Shown here piece by piece: positions 61,108-64,000 of a stretch of 64,000 bases of DNA; the stretch's first letter is position 1, and every line of letters starts with the position of its first letter. The notes beneath the pieces were generated by a model. It ran no database searches. It was not told the DNA's origin and saw only the letters and a list, made by a program, of their open reading frames with translations. The DNA lies in contig JAYWGM010000063.1 of the NCBI GenBank assembly GCA_043778225.1, positions 17,107 to 81,106 of the forward strand, in the 5' to 3' direction. Both the position numbers and the translations under genes were made by a program. Origin of the DNA: Deinococcales bacterium. Its GTDB lineage: Bacteria > Deinococcota > Deinococci > Deinococcales > JAAFIG01.

Positions 61108-61174
61108 AGCTGCTTGCCCATCTGGTAAGTGGTTAGCTGCTTGCCCATCTGGTAAGTGGTTAGCTGCTTGCCCA
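61108..61174. repeat. 27-bp tandem repeat x2.5 copying the stop codon of the B12-binding gene
   Basis: AGCTGCTTGCCCATCTGGTAAGTGGTT units. Confidence 0.95.
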
Positions 61175-61570
61175 ACGCGCCAAGACTTTTTGCTCGAGAA
61201 ATGCCACCACATCTTGGGTGCTTGTGCCGGGTGTAAATAAGCCATCTACCCCAAGTTCCTCGAGTTTGGGAATATCCACATCTGGAATAATTCCACCACC
61301 AAACAGCAGAATATCGGTGGCTTGGCGTTGCCCAAGGAGTGCGCGAATTTCCCGAAAATAGTGCATATGCGCTCCACTTAGCACCGATAAGCCAATGGCA
61401 TCGACATCTTCTTGCACTGCTGCGTTGACAATCATTTCGGCAGTTTGGCGTAAACCCGTGTAAATCACTTCCATGCCAGCATCTCGCAAGGCTCGAGCAA
61501 TGACTTTAGCACCACGGTCATGTCCATCTAAGCCCGGTTTGGCAATCAAGACGCGAATTTTTCTTTCCAT
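61160..61570 (-). CDS. Methylmalonyl-CoA mutase C-terminal B12-binding subunit
   Basis: [26 protein letters not shown]. Confidence 0.93.
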   Translation of the reverse strand: MERKIRVLIAKPGLDGHDRGAKVIARALRDAGMEVIYTGLRQTAEMIVNAAVQEDVDAIGLSVLSGAHMHYFREIRALLGQRQATDILLFGGGIIPDVDIPKLEELGVDGLFTPGTSTQDVVAFLEQKVLARWASS

Positions 61571-61641
61571 AGTTGTAGAGTCTAACAGGAATTGCAGTAT
61601 TTCTTACGGCGTGTTTCTAAAAGGGCTGCTAAAATACAATC

Positions 61642-62118
61642 ATGAAAAATCTTTGGCTGGTGGTTGGGGCGGGCAGTCTTCTTGGCTTAGCAAGCGCACA
61701 GACAGCGTATGTGGATGTGCCACCGTGTCACTGGGCAGTTACCGCCATCAATACCGTCTCGGCTGGCGATCGGGTCACACCGAGTCAAAATGCCAGCAAT
61801 GCTCAAAATGCGGTGCGTCAAGTTTTTGAAGGCATCCAGTGCGGCGACCCTGCTTGGGTACAAAAATTTATGACCGATGCTCCAAACAGCTTAGCAGCGC
61901 TGGTCTCGAGTAAACCAGTAAAAGGTTATCAACTGACTTTTGGGCGCACGCTGGTCTCTGGTAAAAATGCCAGTGTGGCGGTCAATCTGAGCTTAACCCT
62001 AGGTACTGGGGTACAAAAACGCAGTGGGGTGTTGACCCTCTCGAGCGACGAAAAAGCCGCTTGGCGGGTTGGCTATGCCTCACTTTCGGCTTTGAACTTG
62101 GTGGTTTTCCCAAAGTAA
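61642..62118 (+). CDS. Secreted hypothetical protein
   Basis: Signal peptide; SLH-like YVDVPPCHWA. Confidence 0.7.
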   Translation: MKNLWLVVGAGSLLGLASAQTAYVDVPPCHWAVTAINTVSAGDRVTPSQNASNAQNAVRQVFEGIQCGDPAWVQKFMTDAPNSLAALVSSKPVKGYQLTFGRTLVSGKNASVAVNLSLTLGTGVQKRSGVLTLSSDEKAAWRVGYASLSALNLVVFPK

Positions 62119-62215
62119 AGCCAGAAGTGGCAATCTTTATCGTTCGAGTGTTTCTTAACATAAGTTGTAGTACGTGAAACAATTCTCGAGCTAAAAACAA
62201 GCTACAATACCAACC

Positions 62216-62866
62216 ATGATAAGAATTTTGCTGGCAGATGACCATGCCCTCTTTCGCCAAGGCTTAAAAAGCCTGCTCGAGACCGAAGACGACCTGCGGG
62301 TTATCGGAGAAGCTCAAACTGGACGCGAAGCGGTGCGCTATGCCGCCGATACCAAGCCAGATGTGATTTTGATGGATATTCAAATGCCAGAATTGGATGG
62401 GGTCAAAGCCACCCAGAGCATCCTCGAGATTAACCCAAACGCTAATGTGATTATCCTGACGATGTACCGCCAAGATAGTTATGTCTTTGAAGCCGTCAAA
62501 GCCGGAGCGCGAGGCTACTTACTCAAAGATGTGGATTCGACGGCGCTGATAGCTGCGATTCATCAAATTTATGAAGGTGGCACACTCCTAGACCCCGAGA
62601 TGGCAAAAAATGTCCTCGAGGATTTCCGAGTCAAAAAAGAATCCCTGCCCGACGAGAACCGAGGCGATTTAACCGAACGCGAAGCCGCCATCCTGCGCTT
62701 GTTGGCGCAAGGCTCGAGCAACCAAGAGATTGCCTTAAAGCTCAATATCTCGGAAAAAACCGTGCGAAACCGCTTATCGGAAATTTTTGCCAAGTTACAA
62801 CTCAATAACCGTACCCAAGCTGCCCTGTATGCCATCCGCGAGGGCTTGGCGAGCCTTGACGGTTAA
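62216..62866 (+). CDS. NarL/LuxR-family response regulator
   Basis: [22 protein letters not shown]...SNQEIA..L.ISEKTV. Confidence 0.95.
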   Translation: MIRILLADDHALFRQGLKSLLETEDDLRVIGEAQTGREAVRYAADTKPDVILMDIQMPELDGVKATQSILEINPNANVIILTMYRQDSYVFEAVKAGARGYLLKDVDSTALIAAIHQIYEGGTLLDPEMAKNVLEDFRVKKESLPDENRGDLTEREAAILRLLAQGSSNQEIALKLNISEKTVRNRLSEIFAKLQLNNRTQAALYAIREGLASLDG

Positions 62867-62881
62867 GGTAAGCTGCCAGCC

Positions 62882-63343
62882 ATGAATTCAAAAGTTGGAA
62901 TTGCAGTCTTGATTATCGTGTTGGTGCTGGCTGTGGCGTTGGTTTTGCGCCCAAGTTCTGGCGTACCTGTGGTCAGTAAACCTGCCGAACTCAAAGTAGA
63001 CCTGGCTGTTCTGGCGGCGGCAAAAAAAGCCTCCGAAGCCAGCACCAAGCAGTCGAATGCCGTCCAAGCCAACGCCCTAAAAGTGGCTGCCGATGCTCAG
63101 CCATCACTCGAGGGCTATAGTTTTTTGACCGAGACTTCAGAATTGATACTTTCGTACAGCGTCAATTTTGACCCTCAACAAAACGGCGGCAGCACCGAAA
63201 AATTTGCGGCAGCGCTCGCCAAAAACTGGCGCATCAAAGAACTCGAGGTCTACAAACCCAAAAAAGTAACAATCTTGTTTTACGGCACAAAAGACCGCAT
63301 CAAAGCCAGTCGCTCGTTTAGTCCAAGTGGCAAACCGCTTTAG
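62882..63343 (+). CDS. Membrane-anchored hypothetical protein
   Basis: N-terminal TM helix; TAAGCT 7 nt before ATG. Confidence 0.65.
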   Translation: MNSKVGIAVLIIVLVLAVALVLRPSSGVPVVSKPAELKVDLAVLAAAKKASEASTKQSNAVQANALKVAADAQPSLEGYSFLTETSELILSYSVNFDPQQNGGSTEKFAAALAKNWRIKELEVYKPKKVTILFYGTKDRIKASRSFSPSGKPL

Positions 63344-63810
63344 GGTTGGCTGCGCCAATCGCCGCTTTTGCCGCCCGTTTTATCGAGCAAGCGCACCAGT
63401 CGAATCTCGATGCCTTTGCTGGCGGCTTTGAGCATATCGTAGACCGTTAAGGCTGCCACACTGGCAGCCGTCAATGCCTCCATTTCGACCCCAGTTTGGG
63501 CAGAAGTCCGAGCGGTGGCTAAAATCCGTACACCATCTTCGGTGCGGTTTACTTGGACTTCGACACTCGAGAGACTGAGCGGGTGGCACAGTGGAATCAG
63601 GTTGGCGGTTTGCTTTGCGCCTATGATTCCCGCCAGTTGCGCCACTGCCAGCACATCGCCTTTGCCAACCCCGCCAGTATCCAAGGCTTCTCGAGCCGCT
63701 TGTGGCAGCCAAACCAAGGCTTCGGCGGTGGCGGTTCGTAAGGTGGTGGCTTTGCTCGAGACATCGACCATGATTGGTGTGCCGTTCTTAAAATGGGTCA
63801 GGGTAGACAT
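63340..63810 (-). CDS. moaC: Cyclic pyranopterin monophosphate synthase
   Basis: LTHF...[36 protein letters not shown]. Confidence 0.96.
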   Translation of the reverse strand: MSTLTHFKNGTPIMVDVSSKATTLRTATAEALVWLPQAAREALDTGGVGKGDVLAVAQLAGIIGAKQTANLIPLCHPLSLSSVEVQVNRTEDGVRILATARTSAQTGVEMEALTAASVAALTVYDMLKAASKGIEIRLVRLLDKTGGKSGDWRSQP

Positions 63811-63865
63811 GGTTTATCCTTTTGGATAGTTTTTTCTAGTTGGCATTGTGATTCGTGAAAGTATT

Positions 63866-64000
63866 CTATGGTTTTAGAATATCTGCATACAAACCAAGAC
63901 CGGGGTATCTCCAACGTGGATTAACCACCTCACGATATTCTGGTTTTGCAAGTTCTTGCCATTTTGCGATCACAACAGCTGATTTTGATTCAAGCCATAA
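63866..64000 (-). CDS. 3' end of an unknown CDS entering from the right edge
   Basis: Open frame LWLESKSAVVIAKWQELAKPEYREVVNPRWRYPGLGLYADILKP*. Confidence 0.35.
   Translation of the reverse strand, partial: LWLESKSAVVIAKWQELAKPEYREVVNPRWRYPGLGLYADILKP

Overview
A 64-kb chromosomal window of a bacterium that looks like a Deinococcus-Thermus member (inferred from gene families, type-2 IleRS and widespread leaderless -10/ATG starts; GC roughly 48-50% by eye). It is mostly housekeeping: fadD, gmk, glpD, trpC, ileS, galT, pgi, citrate synthase, csp, three tRNAs, msrA, ppk2, metG, moaC and ABC transporters. The top finding is a complete transcriptional Ile T-box riboswitch (promoter, AUC specifier, antiterminator, terminator; minus strand ~29050-28772) that is not directly upstream of ileS. 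A Septu/PtuAB-like ATPase + HNH defence pair and a REP-like inverted pair sit between them, so the defence genes appear to be expressed through an uncharged-tRNA sensor. Other notable signals: extreme HIP1-like over-representation of CTCGAG with apparent GGCC avoidance; a family of 23-27-bp tandem duplications, several copying gene stop codons; a ClpN-acidic linker-PepE fusion; tandem DUF1800/DUF1501 pairs; an orphan TdeIII-like endonuclease; a csp fragment broken at a CTCGAG; and a candidate metG attenuator. All family assignments are by motif recognition, not database search.
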